NCBI GenBank assembly: GCA_022562795.1
Contig: JADFOP010000023.1
Coordinates: 1 to 33,013, forward strand
Direction: 5' to 3'
Origin: Nitrospinota bacterium
Lineage (GTDB): Bacteria > JADFOP01
Length of the DNA stretch: 33,013 nt
The position numbers were made by a program, and so were the translations under genes. Below are positions 1 through 9,551 of the stretch, one piece after another. Below the pieces are notes generated by a model. That model saw only the letters and a list, made by a program, of their open reading frames with translations, had not been told where the DNA came from and ran no database searches. Each line of letters begins with the position of its first letter. Within the stretch, counting starts at the first letter, position 1.

Positions 1-285
1 AATGAAAGTCATCATGGAATCACTTTGGGCTGGCTTGGACAGGGACAGCTTCGTCATCAGCTGATGCTGTTGACGGGACCACAGCGAGAGCACGACGCTT
101 TTCTGTATTCTGTCAGCGGCCCGAGTTTTCCGTTGGCGGTGATGCATCGCCAGCTTCAAGCCGACGCCTGGCCGCTGGTGCTTCACGGCACCGAGTACGT
201 TGGTTCGACTGATAGCGGTGTACACATTTTCCGACCGGTCGAGTATCTGTTGTCACAACAGCCAGCCAAACAGACGACGAAGTGA
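1..285 (+). CDS. Possible 3' part of a hypothetical protein (frame open from the window edge)
   Basis: Frame 1 has no stop from base 1 to the TGA at 283-285. No recognisable motif. Confidence 0.3.
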   Translation, partial: NESHHGITLGWLGQGQLRHQLMLLTGPQREHDAFLYSVSGPSFPLAVMHRQLQADAWPLVLHGTEYVGSTDSGVHIFRPVEYLLSQQPAKQTTK

Positions 286-413
286 ACAATGCGAGCGTCG
301 TTGGCATGACGTAGTCCGCGTTGTCCAGCTGGTAAAATGGTACGTCCACTTTTACCACCCGCCGTCATAGCAGTGCTTGTTTAACACTGAGATCAAGGCA
401 GTTTTCCTTTTAA

Positions 414-538
414 AATCATTGAGTTATGGGAGGAATTGTCCCATATTTGTCCCATAACGCCCACAATATGGGAAACGCAACACTGTCAGCTATTGATTTT
501 ACTGGTCGAGACGGCCGGATTCGAACCCGCGCCCACCG
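414..538 (-). mobile_element. att-like site: degenerate tRNA-Pro 3' end plus arm-type repeats and IHF-like sites
   Basis: 503-538 matches the tRNA-Pro 3' end (2292-2327) at 31/36 nt (23/25 over 503-527) and includes CCA. TTGTCCCATA occurs at 436 and 447, and inverted TATGGGA at 425 and 467. One-mismatch WATCAANNNNTTR sites lie at 414-426 (+) and 486-498 (-). Confidence 0.6.
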
Positions 539-548
539 AAGCCGTGGC

Positions 549-1301
549 CTAGGCCGGCTTGATGGCCCGGAACGTCGCACCGATGGTCTCGTCGGAAGTC
601 TGGTAGCCGGTGAGGTCGACCTGCTCCGCCTCGGCGAACCCCGCCTTTTCGAGCAATGCCAGGAACTCCGTTCCCGGTAGGGCCCCGGCCACTCATTGGC
701 TCCACAGATCGGGGTCTTGAAGGGCCTCCGGCGGCAGGGGTTTCAAAAGAAGCATGTCCGCCACCATGAATCGCCCCCCGGGCTTGAGAACGCGGTGGAT
801 TTCTAAGAGCAGCGGCCTCTTTTCCGGCAGGAGGTTGATAACACCGTTGGAGATTACGACGTCGCATAGTTCATCGGCGAGCGGCAGGTTCTCGGCCAGC
901 CCTCGGAAGACCAAGACCTGCTTGGCCCCCTGAGCCTCGACGTTCTGGCGGGCCTTCTCGACCATCTCCGGGACCATGTCGAATCCAACGACGCTTCCCG
1001 TAGGGCCCACGAGTCGGGCCGCGATCAAGGCGTCGAGCCCGCTTCCGCACCCAACGTCAAGGACCGTCTCTCCAGGCTTGATGGGCCCGAGGCTGAAAGG
1101 GTTTCCAACCCCCGCGAAGGCCTCGGTGACCTCCGTCGGAAAGGAGTCGACCAGCTCTTCAGGATAACCCACAGCCTTTGCGCTCTCAGGCCCGATCGGA
1201 AATGGGGAGACCTGGGCTACCGCTACGCCGCTGAATCGGTACCAGATCTTGTTCCTGATCTCTTCGATGACCTCTTGGGGGAAGGACTCTCCAGGGCTCA
1301 C
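549..1301 (-). CDS. ArsM-like class I SAM-dependent methyltransferase, probable selenoprotein (UGA at 695-693 = Sec), about 250 aa
   Basis: Motifs GVGNP, VLDVGCGSGLD and VVISNGVINL. After the TGA the frame continues VAGALPGTEFLALLEKAGF...GATFRAIKPA to TAG at 551-549, matching the ArsM C-terminus (W..C[IV]AGAL...AGF...A.KP). GTG start at 1301 is preceded by GGAGAGG. Confidence 0.88.
659..677 (-). promoter_or_regulatory. Bacterial SECIS-like hairpin
   Basis: Minus strand CCGGGAAC-GGA-GTTCCTGG: 8-bp stem with one G-U pair, G-initiated apical loop 23 nt 3' of the UGA. Confidence 0.7.
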
Positions 1302-1504
1302 GATACCCTCTCCACGTTGGATTTCCTGGGAATTTGGGAATCTATTGACAAACGACAAACGCGCTCATAACGAGCGGATACCGTCCGGTTGGAATTCTAC
1401 ATTTGTGGGAGCTAAAAGAAAAGTAAGATTTTTTATGAGCAGGAGAGGGTGATTTGCTCTCTCAACCTAAGGGCGAGGACGTCGTCGGGAAGGAGAAGTT
1501 AAGC

Positions 1505-2200
1505 CTAGCCAGTACATGGGTAAATGGGAGGAAGGTCCTTCATGCCTGGAGGGGGCTTCGTAAAATACTTTGAATTTAATTTTTGGATGCGGGCCTGGTC
1601 TAACCTGAATTTTTTAATTTTAGGATTGTAGGGATAGCCGGTCTCGGTGAACCCCATTATGCAGCGGTTCGAACCATTTGGATTCTCCCACTCGATCTTT
1701 ACGGCGAAATACATCTTTCCTCCTTCATCGAGGTAGTCTAGCTTTCCCTCGATGGGATTGGACTTTAAAATCGCCTCAAAGGTGGCCCCTGGTTTAATAA
1801 CGGACGTAGTAGGGGCCTTTCGAAATTTCTTTCCCAGTAGGTTTGCGAAATATTCAAACGGATCGGGTAACACCGTTTTCGATTCATCCCATCGAGTGCC
1901 GTTATAATGTTGAAAATTGATTTTAAGATTGGATGCCGTGTAATCGCTGACGTTGATTACCTTTATTAATGATGTGACCGCTACAGGACCTTCGAGGAGC
2001 CGGGCGTTGCCTGATTTAACAATTTCCAGGGTGGCAACTCGCTGGATTGCAGTCGCGCCAGGCGCGGCAGGCGCGCGAGACGCGGTAGGCGAGGGAGTCG
2101 CGCCAGGCGAGGGAGGCGAGGAAATCAAATCTTTACCTACTACCAGGACAACAACGCCAACCAAGACCACTAAGAAAACTGCTATGAGGAATTTTTTCAC
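1505..2200 (-). CDS. Hypothetical membrane-anchored/exported protein
   Basis: 231-aa ORF with basic N-terminus, hydrophobic anchor and Pro/Ala/Ser linker. Visibly AT-richer than the core genes. Confidence 0.75.
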   Translation of the reverse strand: MKKFLIAVFLVVLVGVVVLVVGKDLISSPPSPGATPSPTASRAPAAPGATAIQRVATLEIVKSGNARLLEGPVAVTSLIKVINVSDYTASNLKINFQHYNGTRWDESKTVLPDPFEYFANLLGKKFRKAPTTSVIKPGATFEAILKSNPIEGKLDYLDEGGKMYFAVKIEWENPNGSNRCIMGFTETGYPYNPKIKKFRLDQARIQKLNSKYFTKPPPGMKDLPPIYPCTG

Positions 2201-2291
2201 AGGCTATATCCTAGTCGGATTCAGAAATTGAGTCAAGTTTTTACTAAACCACAAGCTAGCAATACCAATCGCTGTTTCAAAAGAGGATTCA

Positions 2292-2368
2292 TGGTCGGGG
2301 CGGCCGGATTCGAACCGGCGACCCCCGGCTCCCAAAGCCGGTGCGCTACCAGGCTGCGCTACGCCCCG
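2292..2368 (-). tRNA. tRNA-Pro(TGG)
   Basis: CGGGGCGTAGCGCAGCCTGGTAGCGCACCGGCTTTGGGAGCCGGGGGTCGCCGGTTCGAATCCGGCCGCCCCGACCA: 77-nt cloverleaf, anticodon TGG, encoded CCA. Confidence 0.98.
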
Positions 2369-2441
2369 ACCGCTTATCTAATACCACGAGGGGGCCCGCC
2401 CCGGCAAGAATGGCGAGGGCTACGCCCGCTGGGAGAAAATA

Positions 2442-3047
2442 TTACGACTCCCCTTCAAGGAGCGCCTCTAAGACCTTCCGGGCGCCCGCCAGGGCCCGGC
2501 CCCGGTGGCTTATGGCGTTCTTGATGTCTTCCGGCAGCTCTCCAAAGGTGAGAACCGAGGCTGGGACGAAGAAGAGCGGGTCATATCCGAATCCCTTATC
2601 GCCCCGCTCCTCGCGCGTCACAAAGCCCTCGCAGACCCCCTCGGCCACCTCGACCCGGCCCTCAGCCGTGGCGACGGCCATAGCGCACCTGAACCGCGCC
2701 GTTCTCTCTTCGTCGGGGACATCCGCCATGAGGCTCAAGAGCTTGGCGTTGTTTGAGGCGTCGGTGGCGTCGGGCCCGGCGAAGCGGGCCGACTCCACCC
2801 CGGGGGCGCCGCCGAGCGCGTCCACCTCAAGCCCCGAGTCGTCGGCAAGAGTGACGCATCCCGTCTCGCGGGCCACGTGAATGGCTTTCTTGATGGCGTT
2901 GGCCTCGAAGGTCGCCCCGTCCTCCTCGACGGGCTCAATCTCTGGATAGTCGGCGAGGGAGACGACGTCGACGGGAAGGTCGGCCAGGATGGCGCGGATC
3001 TCCTTGAGCTTGCCGGTGTTGCCCGTGGCTACGACGAGCCGCTTCAC
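2442..3047 (-). CDS. rdgB: dITP/XTP pyrophosphatase (Ham1 family)
   Basis: [50 protein letters not shown]; overlaps the rph stop. Confidence 0.96.
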   Translation of the reverse strand: MKRLVVATGNTGKLKEIRAILADLPVDVVSLADYPEIEPVEEDGATFEANAIKKAIHVARETGCVTLADDSGLEVDALGGAPGVESARFAGPDATDASNNAKLLSLMADVPDEERTARFRCAMAVATAEGRVEVAEGVCEGFVTREERGDKGFGYDPLFFVPASVLTFGELPEDIKNAISHRGRALAGARKVLEALLEGES

Positions 3048-3796
3048 GGAAGCTCTAACCCCTTCAAGGCCTCGCGCTGAGCCTTAACGAGCCTCCGGAT
3101 GCCCCGGGCGGCGAGGTCGATGAGGCGCTCCAGGTCGGAGCGGCTGAAGGGCGAGCCCTCGGCGGTGCCCTGTACCTCCACGAGGGCGCCCGAGCCGGTC
3201 ATCACGACGTTCATGTCGACGTCCGCCCCCACGTCTTCCTCGTAAGAGAGGTCAAGCATCGTTCGGCCGTCGACCATCCCCACGCTCACCGCCGCCACCA
3301 TGTCTCTGAGGGGGAGCGCTTTCAAAGCTCCGGCCTCCTTCAGCTTTTGGACGGCGAGGGCGAGGGCTACGAAGGCGCCCGTGATGGCGGCCGTCCGCGT
3401 GCCGCCGTCTGCTTGGATGACGTCGCAGTCGCACCATATCGTCCGGTCGCCGAGGGCCTTCAGATCGACTACGGCCCTGAGCGCCCGGCCGATGAGGCGC
3501 TGGATCTCCTGCGTCCGGCCCCCAAGCCGCCCACGGACCACCTCTCTGACGATTCTCTCGGGCGTGCTGCGGGGCAGCATGGCGTACTCGGCCGTGACCC
3601 ACCCTCCGGCCACCTTTTGGCTCCGCATCCATGGGGGAATCTTATCCTCGACCGTCGCCGAACAGATGATACGGGTTGCCCCGAGCTCGATGAGGACGCT
3701 CCCCTCGGCGTGCTCCAGGTAGCCGGTGGTGATGGTGAGGGGCCGCGTCTGATTGGCCCTTCGGCCGTCCGTGCGGCCCGAGCGTCGTTTCGTCAT
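3044..3796 (-). CDS. rph: Ribonuclease PH
   Basis: [56 protein letters not shown]. Confidence 0.97.
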   Translation of the reverse strand: MTKRRSGRTDGRRANQTRPLTITTGYLEHAEGSVLIELGATRIICSATVEDKIPPWMRSQKVAGGWVTAEYAMLPRSTPERIVREVVRGRLGGRTQEIQRLIGRALRAVVDLKALGDRTIWCDCDVIQADGGTRTAAITGAFVALALAVQKLKEAGALKALPLRDMVAAVSVGMVDGRTMLDLSYEEDVGADVDMNVVMTGSGALVEVQGTAEGSPFSRSDLERLIDLAARGIRRLVKAQREALKGLELP

Positions 3797-4650
3797 TCAG
3801 GCTCACTCCGGGCCCCGGGAAGGGGCGACGTTAAGGCGGAGAGATCGAGCAGGTTCACCCTCTCGACGGGCTCTCCGAGAAAGCGGGCCGCCAGCGCCGT
3901 GGCGTCCGGGGGGAGGTCTGTGGCCAAAAGCTGGCTCGTTGGGGTCGTCCCTTCCGGGGCATTCATGCCGTGGAGGTCCAGGTCGTCCGCCACGGCCTTG
4001 GCCGTCGCCTCCGCCGAGTCGATGAGCGCCACGCCGTCGCCGACGGCCCCTCCGATGGTCGCCCTGAGGATGGGGTAATGGGTGCAGCCGAGCACCAGGA
4101 CGTCCACCCCCGCGGCCACCAGCGGGGCGAGGTATTCCCGGGCGATCGCCTCGGGCACGGCTCCTTCGGTCCAGCCCTCTTCGGCCAGCGGGACGAAGAG
4201 GGGGCAAGCCCGGCTGAATACCATCGCGGAGGAGTCCAACGACCTGATGGCCTCCTTATAGGCGCCGCTCCCTATCGTGGCGCGGGTTCCTATGACCCCG
4301 ATTTTGCCGTTCCGGGTCGCAGCGACAGCGGCTTCGGCCCCGGGCGTGATGACCCCTTTTACGGGCAGCGAGATCTGCTCCTTGAGGGCGTCCATGGCCA
4401 CCGCCGAGGCGCTGTTGCAGGCGGCTACGAGGTACTTGATCCCCTGGGCCTCAAGGTAGGAGGCCACCTCCAGGGCGTTTCGGATGATGGCTTCCGGGCT
4501 TTTGGTCCCGTAAGGCACCCGGGCGGTATCGCCCACGTAGAGGGTCGACTCATTGGGGGCGGCCTGCCGGATGGCCCTCAACACCGTCAGGCCCCCGACC
4601 CCGCTGTCGAAGACCCCGAGAGGGGCGGTCCGGTCCCATTGACGGCTCAT
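3793..4650 (-). CDS. murI: Glutamate racemase
   Basis: [23 protein letters not shown] and LGCTHYP, with both catalytic Cys. Confidence 0.97.
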   Translation of the reverse strand: MSRQWDRTAPLGVFDSGVGGLTVLRAIRQAAPNESTLYVGDTARVPYGTKSPEAIIRNALEVASYLEAQGIKYLVAACNSASAVAMDALKEQISLPVKGVITPGAEAAVAATRNGKIGVIGTRATIGSGAYKEAIRSLDSSAMVFSRACPLFVPLAEEGWTEGAVPEAIAREYLAPLVAAGVDVLVLGCTHYPILRATIGGAVGDGVALIDSAEATAKAVADDLDLHGMNAPEGTTPTSQLLATDLPPDATALAARFLGEPVERVNLLDLSALTSPLPGARSEPE

Positions 4651-5255
4651 CGTCGGACCACGAGCTCCCGGTCGCGGCCGAGCAGCCCGCTTGCTCGGAC
4701 GTGCCCGGCCAGGGTCTCGCGCTGCTCCCCGTCGGTGAAGAGCCGCACGTGGGCGATCTCCGGGAAGTTGTACATGAGCGTGTTGACGATGGAGGCGATG
4801 GTCAGCCGCTCGGCGAGCACCCCGCCGGGGTGGCGAGAGGTGACCTCGCCTGAGAGGTCAACGTAGGCCGTGCCAGCCTCGTCGATGTATAGCTCCCTGA
4901 GCCGTGTGCCCTTGGGGACGACGGCCACCAGACTGCTGCGCGGCCCCTTGAGGAGCTCCAGCAGGGCCTGCTTGGCCTTTACGTCAAGTTGAGATGAAGC
5001 GTATATGGTGCGGGCCTCAGCTTCCAGCCGCTGGCGGCGGGGGGAGCCAAAGAAGACCTTGATGAGCAGCGGTTTATCCTTGTCCACCACGATGCTCGGG
5101 GTTTTGGGCGCCACGGGCTTGGCGATTCGGCGGCGCTCCTTCCAAACTACGAGGCCGAGGGCGAGGGCCAGGAAAAGGAGCCCCACGATCCACCAGCGGG
5201 GCAGTGGAGGTCCAGCCCCCAGGCCCCGTTTGGCGATGGCGTCCCGCCAGCTCAC
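4647..5255 (-). CDS. GerMN domain membrane protein
   Basis: N-terminal TM helix, then LLELLKGP...PKGTRL...AYVDLS...SIVNTL...TLAGH; typical position between amidase and murI. Confidence 0.85.
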   Translation of the reverse strand: MSWRDAIAKRGLGAGPPLPRWWIVGLLFLALALGLVVWKERRRIAKPVAPKTPSIVVDKDKPLLIKVFFGSPRRQRLEAEARTIYASSQLDVKAKQALLELLKGPRSSLVAVVPKGTRLRELYIDEAGTAYVDLSGEVTSRHPGGVLAERLTIASIVNTLMYNFPEIAHVRLFTDGEQRETLAGHVRASGLLGRDRELVVRR

Positions 5256-6055
5256 CGGGAAGTCTCCAGCGCCGCCCGCACACCCTTGAAGAGGGTTTGG
5301 ACGAGGGCCTTACGCGTGGATGCTTGTCGAAGGGAAGCCTCTTCGGCCGGGTGGGTTAGGGTGGCTATCTCGACGAGGCAGGAGGGCATCGCCGAGCCCT
5401 GGAGCAGCGGCAGGTCGGCCTCGTGGAGCTCGCCGGCCTCGACCACGCCCCCCTTCGCGAATGCGGCCAGTATGGCCCCGCAGGCCCTACGGCTGGCCGC
5501 GCGGTGGGGCGAGTGGACCGCCTCCCAGCGTACGGGAGTGGCCCGGGATTTCTTGAGGCGACTGCGGGTCGGTCGGAAGGGCTCGGGGGGGCTGCCGTTG
5601 AGGGCCAGGTAGCCCGTCCTGCCAGGCCGCGAGGCCAGATAGACCGATGCTCCCTTTGCCCCCGGGTGGAATGAAGCTCCCACATGAAGGCTCACAAAAA
5701 GGTCAGCCCCCAGGCCGTTGGCCAGAGCCGTCCGCTCGGCCAGCGACGGGTTGCTCCCGCTCGAGCGTGTCAGCACCACCCTAGCAACGCGCTCAGCCTC
5801 AAGGAGCAACTTGAGCCCAGAGGCCTCGTCCCAGACCACCTCGGCCTCATTGAGCCCGCTCGGGCCCACGACGCCAGAATCCGGCCCGCCGTGGCCTGGA
5901 TCTAGGACCACCAACGGGAGCTTCTTTAGAGCCTGCGCATGCTCCCGAGCCATGGGGGGTCTGGTCACCCCCTTATCCTCTTCGGCGCCCGAAGCCGCCG
6001 TTACAAAAAGCAAGGCGACAGCGGCTAGGGCGCCCGCGGCGTATCGCCGGTCCAT
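5252..6055 (-). CDS. N-acetylmuramoyl-L-alanine amidase (Amidase_3), exported
   Basis: Signal peptide; VVLDPGHGG, E, VLTR, LFVSLH and LVE zinc/catalytic motifs. ATG at 6055 preferred over the ORF-track start at 6061. Confidence 0.9.
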   Translation of the reverse strand: MDRRYAAGALAAVALLFVTAASGAEEDKGVTRPPMAREHAQALKKLPLVVLDPGHGGPDSGVVGPSGLNEAEVVWDEASGLKLLLEAERVARVVLTRSSGSNPSLAERTALANGLGADLFVSLHVGASFHPGAKGASVYLASRPGRTGYLALNGSPPEPFRPTRSRLKKSRATPVRWEAVHSPHRAASRRACGAILAAFAKGGVVEAGELHEADLPLLQGSAMPSCLVEIATLTHPAEEASLRQASTRKALVQTLFKGVRAALETSR

Positions 6056-6335
6056 AACCACGGACGCTACCCCCCGGGCGGCCTCTGTTCCTCAGAAATC
6101 TCGGCGCAATTCATTGAACAGGAAGGAGAACCGCCTCCTCCGCCCTTCTACCACATCGTCCCCGTGGTGTAAAGCTCCGGGGGCGGTATGGGAATTGGGT
6201 TGACCTGATATACAACCATGGCTGCTAACACCCGGAATGGTACAAATTTGGGCTGCATCATGGTAATGTAAGAGTACATATGCGGTGGGGGAGGAGCCGA
6301 CAGATTATTGTTCGGACATATGAAGAGCTTTTGAA

Positions 6336-6434
6336 ATGGACATTGCAGACTGGTTTTCGAGGGGCTACCGGTTCTGGGGACTAATGCTATTCGTGGTGGT
6401 GTTCTTTTGGTGGGCGTTTGCGTATCGAAGATAA
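6336..6434 (+). CDS. Putative 32-aa single-TM small protein (MDIADWFSRGYRFWGLMLFVVVFFWWAFAYRR)
   Basis: ATG at 6336 to TAA at 6432-6434; aromatic-rich hydrophobic stretch ending in RR; weak SD (GAAGAG). Below the ORF-track size cutoff. Confidence 0.45.
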   Translation: MDIADWFSRGYRFWGLMLFVVVFFWWAFAYRR

Positions 6435-6580
6435 CAGCCTAAGCCAATAAATTAGCCCACCGCTTCTGTGGGTGCGTCGTTGCAATCCCCCCATTCTTAT
6501 GCTATCTAAAACATTTAATGTCTTGATATTGCTGCGCCAAGGCGGGGCAGGGTTATAAGCGCCATGGGGGATTGGTAATC

Positions 6581-9187
6581 ATGCGACTCAGCGTCCGGGT
6601 CAAGTTGTCGGCCCTGATGATTGTCATGGTCGGGGCGGCCATCCTGATCACAGGCTATCTAACCTACCAGCACGAGAAAGTCGAGGCAGTCGAGATGCTC
6701 GGCGAACGGCTTCTTGCCATCGCCCGGACGGCCGCGCCGCTCATCGACGGCGATAAACACCAGTGGATATCCGAGCCGGAGGATGCCAACGGGCCCTTCT
6801 TCGAGGAGATCCGCCAACAGTTGATGGATATCAAAGAGCAAAACAGTCTGGCCACGGCCCTCTATACCCTGAGGAGCCATACGACCGGCCACCCCTCGCA
6901 TAAGCAGGCCGGCCTCTTCCCCCTCTCGCTTCTTGGCGCGTACAAGACCACCTTTGTCGTTATGACCAACGACCAGACATTCGTCAAACAGGACTACATC
7001 CTATTAGAGGAGATGAAGCCCGCTTTAGAACATGGCATCGCCACAAGGACGGGAATTTACGAGAACCTCATAGGCCAATGGATCAGCGCTTTCGCCCCGA
7101 TCAAAAGGAGCGACGGGACGATTGACGGCATCCTGGGGGTGGACTACCGGGTGGATGTCTTCCTGGAGGAGCTGGTCAAACGGCGGGCGGTCATCTTGCG
7201 CTACTCCATCATCGGGGCGCTGGTGGCCGTGGTAGCCGCTCTAATCTTCGCCCAGTTTATCTTCGTGGGGCCCATCAATACACTTGCCAGGGGAGCGAGG
7301 GCCCTGAAGGCAGGACGCTATGACGAGCCGATCCTGGGGCCAGACGACCAGCTGCCCCTCTACTGGCGCATTAAGCGGCGGGTGCCCGATGAGGTGGAGC
7401 ACCTGGCCGAGACGCTGGATGAGATGCGGAAGGCCCTGAAGGAGAAGATCGGTGAGCTGGAGAGCGTAAATCAAGACCTAGGGGCCCGAACCAGCGAGCT
7501 CTCCGAGACGACCAACTTCTTGAACAACATCCTCGAGGCCTCCACCGAATACGCCATCATAGCCTTCGACCTGGATGGGACCATGCTCACCTTCAACGAG
7601 GGGGCGCGCCGCACATACGGCCACGAGCCCGAGGCCATGGTCTACAAGCAGGGCCTGGCGGCCCTCCACCCCCCAAAGGCTCGAGAGGCTGGTAAGCCTG
7701 AGGCGATCCTGGCCAGCGCCCTTGGCGAGGGACGCTTCGAGGGTGAGCTTGAGCGTATCGACTCCTCGGGCCGCTCCTTTCCCGCCCACGTAGCCCTTAC
7801 ACTGAGGCGCGACGGAGAGGGCCGGCCCTTGGGCTTCGTTGAGGTCTCCCGGGATATCACCGTAAGGGTTAAAATGGAACGCCAGCTTCAGGACTACGCC
7901 GATAATCTAGAACAGATGGTCAAGGAACGGACCGAGGAGCTCGGAATCGCGCAGGACAAGTACAAAGCCCTTTTCGAGACGGTTCCAGACGGCATCTTCC
8001 AGTTCACCGCCGACGGGACCATGGCCTCCATCAACCCCGCCGGGGCCGAGATTCTCGGCTACGCGTCGCAAGCGGAGGTCGAGGGGCGCCTCTCCACACG
8101 GGATATCTACCACGACCCGGACGAGCAAGCCAGGCTCGACGCCGCCTTCGCCCAGAGCGACCAGCCGGTTGTGAAAGACTACCTGCTCCAGCTTAAACGG
8201 CGCGACGGCACTCCTTTCTGGGCCGAATTCTCCTCGAGGTTGGTCATGGGTGAGGATGGCGAGCCGGCCGCCATGGAAGGGGTGATGCGTGATGTCGACG
8301 AGCGGATCACCCTCCAGCAGCAGATTCAAGAAAACGCGGACCGTCTCGAGCGCTTGGCCCACGAGCTCGAGGTCAAGAACCGTGAGCTCCTCATCCAGAA
8401 CGAGCGCGTCTTGGAGGCCAACCGGCTCAAGAGCCAGTTTCTCACCAACATGAGCCACGAGCTTCGCACACCGATGAACGCCATCATCGGCTTCACAGAG
8501 CTCGTCCGTGAGGACGCCCGGGTCGTGCTAACCACGCGCCAGGAGGAGAACCTCCGCAAAGTCTCTAGGAACTCGAACCAATTGCTCAATCTCATCAACG
8601 ACATCCTCGATCTCAGCAAGATCGAGGCGGGCCACATGGACGTGGTGCCAGAGAGGGTGGAGCTGGCCGATGTGGTTGATGCCGCCTGGACGACGGTCCA
8701 GCCTCTGCTCAAGGGCAAGGAGCTTAATGTGGAGACGATGCTCGATTCGTCAATTCCTCCACTCCTGACCGACAGGAACAAGCTCCGCCAGGTGCTGGTC
8801 AACCTACTGTCCAACGCCATCAAGTTTACGCCGAGCGGAGAGGTTCGACTAACGGCCCGCTCCTACGACGGGCGCCTGGAGCTCAGAGTGACCGACACGG
8901 GCGTCGGCATCGCCAAAGAGGACCAGGAGATTATCTTCGACGAGTTTCGCCAGCTCGACGGAACCTCGACCCGAGAGGTGGGAGGCACGGGTCTCGGGCT
9001 CTCAATTTCGAAGAAGCTGGTTGACCTCCTGGGCGGCGCCATCGCGTTGGAGAGCGAACCGGGCCGGGGAAGCACATTCATCGTGAATCTGCCGCTCACG
9101 GTTCTGCCCCGAATGGCGGAGGCCCTGGAAGCAGCCGCCGTCAAGGTCGGCCAGGAGGCTAGCCGTGAAGACCATCCTCCTGATTGA
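6581..9187 (+). CDS. Membrane sensor histidine kinase (periplasmic sensor, HAMP, 2x PAS, HisKA, HATPase)
   Basis: Two TM segments; PAS motifs; H-box FLTNMSHELRTPMNAIIGF; NLLSNAIKFT, DTGVGI and GGTGLGLSI boxes. Confidence 0.95.
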   Translation: MRLSVRVKLSALMIVMVGAAILITGYLTYQHEKVEAVEMLGERLLAIARTAAPLIDGDKHQWISEPEDANGPFFEEIRQQLMDIKEQNSLATALYTLRSHTTGHPSHKQAGLFPLSLLGAYKTTFVVMTNDQTFVKQDYILLEEMKPALEHGIATRTGIYENLIGQWISAFAPIKRSDGTIDGILGVDYRVDVFLEELVKRRAVILRYSIIGALVAVVAALIFAQFIFVGPINTLARGARALKAGRYDEPILGPDDQLPLYWRIKRRVPDEVEHLAETLDEMRKALKEKIGELESVNQDLGARTSELSETTNFLNNILEASTEYAIIAFDLDGTMLTFNEGARRTYGHEPEAMVYKQGLAALHPPKAREAGKPEAILASALGEGRFEGELERIDSSGRSFPAHVALTLRRDGEGRPLGFVEVSRDITVRVKMERQLQDYADNLEQMVKERTEELGIAQDKYKALFETVPDGIFQFTADGTMASINPAGAEILGYASQAEVEGRLSTRDIYHDPDEQARLDAAFAQSDQPVVKDYLLQLKRRDGTPFWAEFSSRLVMGEDGEPAAMEGVMRDVDERITLQQQIQENADRLERLAHELEVKNRELLIQNERVLEANRLKSQFLTNMSHELRTPMNAIIGFTELVREDARVVLTTRQEENLRKVSRNSNQLLNLINDILDLSKIEAGHMDVVPERVELADVVDAAWTTVQPLLKGKELNVETMLDSSIPPLLTDRNKLRQVLVNLLSNAIKFTPSGEVRLTARSYDGRLELRVTDTGVGIAKEDQEIIFDEFRQLDGTSTREVGGTGLGLSISKKLVDLLGGAIALESEPGRGSTFIVNLPLTVLPRMAEALEAAAVKVGQEASREDHPPD

Positions 9188-9545
9188 GGATGTGGAGGAC
9201 AACCGCGACCTGGTTGTGCAGATTCTGGAGAGTGAGTATACTGTCGTGGAGGCCCGAGACGGGCAGGAGGGGCTGGAGAAGGCCCGGGCCGAGCAGCCCC
9301 ACCTCATTCTCCTGGACTTGGCCCTGCCAAAGATGGACGGCTGGGAGGCGGCCCGGCGCCTCAAGGCCGACCCTGCCCTCAAGGCCATCCCCATCATCGC
9401 CCTGACGGCTTTCGCCATGGAGGGCGACGAAGCCCGCGCACTGGAGGCGGGCTGCAACGCATACGTGGCAAAGCCCATCCTGCCAAAAGACCTGCGCGCC
9501 CACGTTCGAAGGGTGCTGGAGGAGTTTGAGGCCCAGGGGGCCTGA
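9165..9545 (+). CDS. Single-domain response regulator (DivK-like)
   Basis: ILLIED, ILLDLALPKMDG, IIALTA and KP receiver motifs; overlaps the kinase 3' end. Confidence 0.93.
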   Translation: MKTILLIEDVEDNRDLVVQILESEYTVVEARDGQEGLEKARAEQPHLILLDLALPKMDGWEAARRLKADPALKAIPIIALTAFAMEGDEARALEAGCNAYVAKPILPKDLRAHVRRVLEEFEAQGA

Positions 9546-9551
9546 GCATCT

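Noticed and set aside
503-560. A second functional tRNA gene
   Set aside because: Only the 3' part is recognisable; the T-stem has a mismatch, and there is no anticodon arm, D arm or 5' acceptor strand.
549-695. Methyltransferase as a nonsense pseudogene
   Set aside because: The TGA falls exactly on a conserved Cys position, the downstream frame is intact, and a SECIS-like hairpin follows.
3970-4866. 298-aa plus-strand ORF and similar antisense ORFs over rph, HAD and degP
   Set aside because: Opposite well-supported genes; expected in high-GC DNA.
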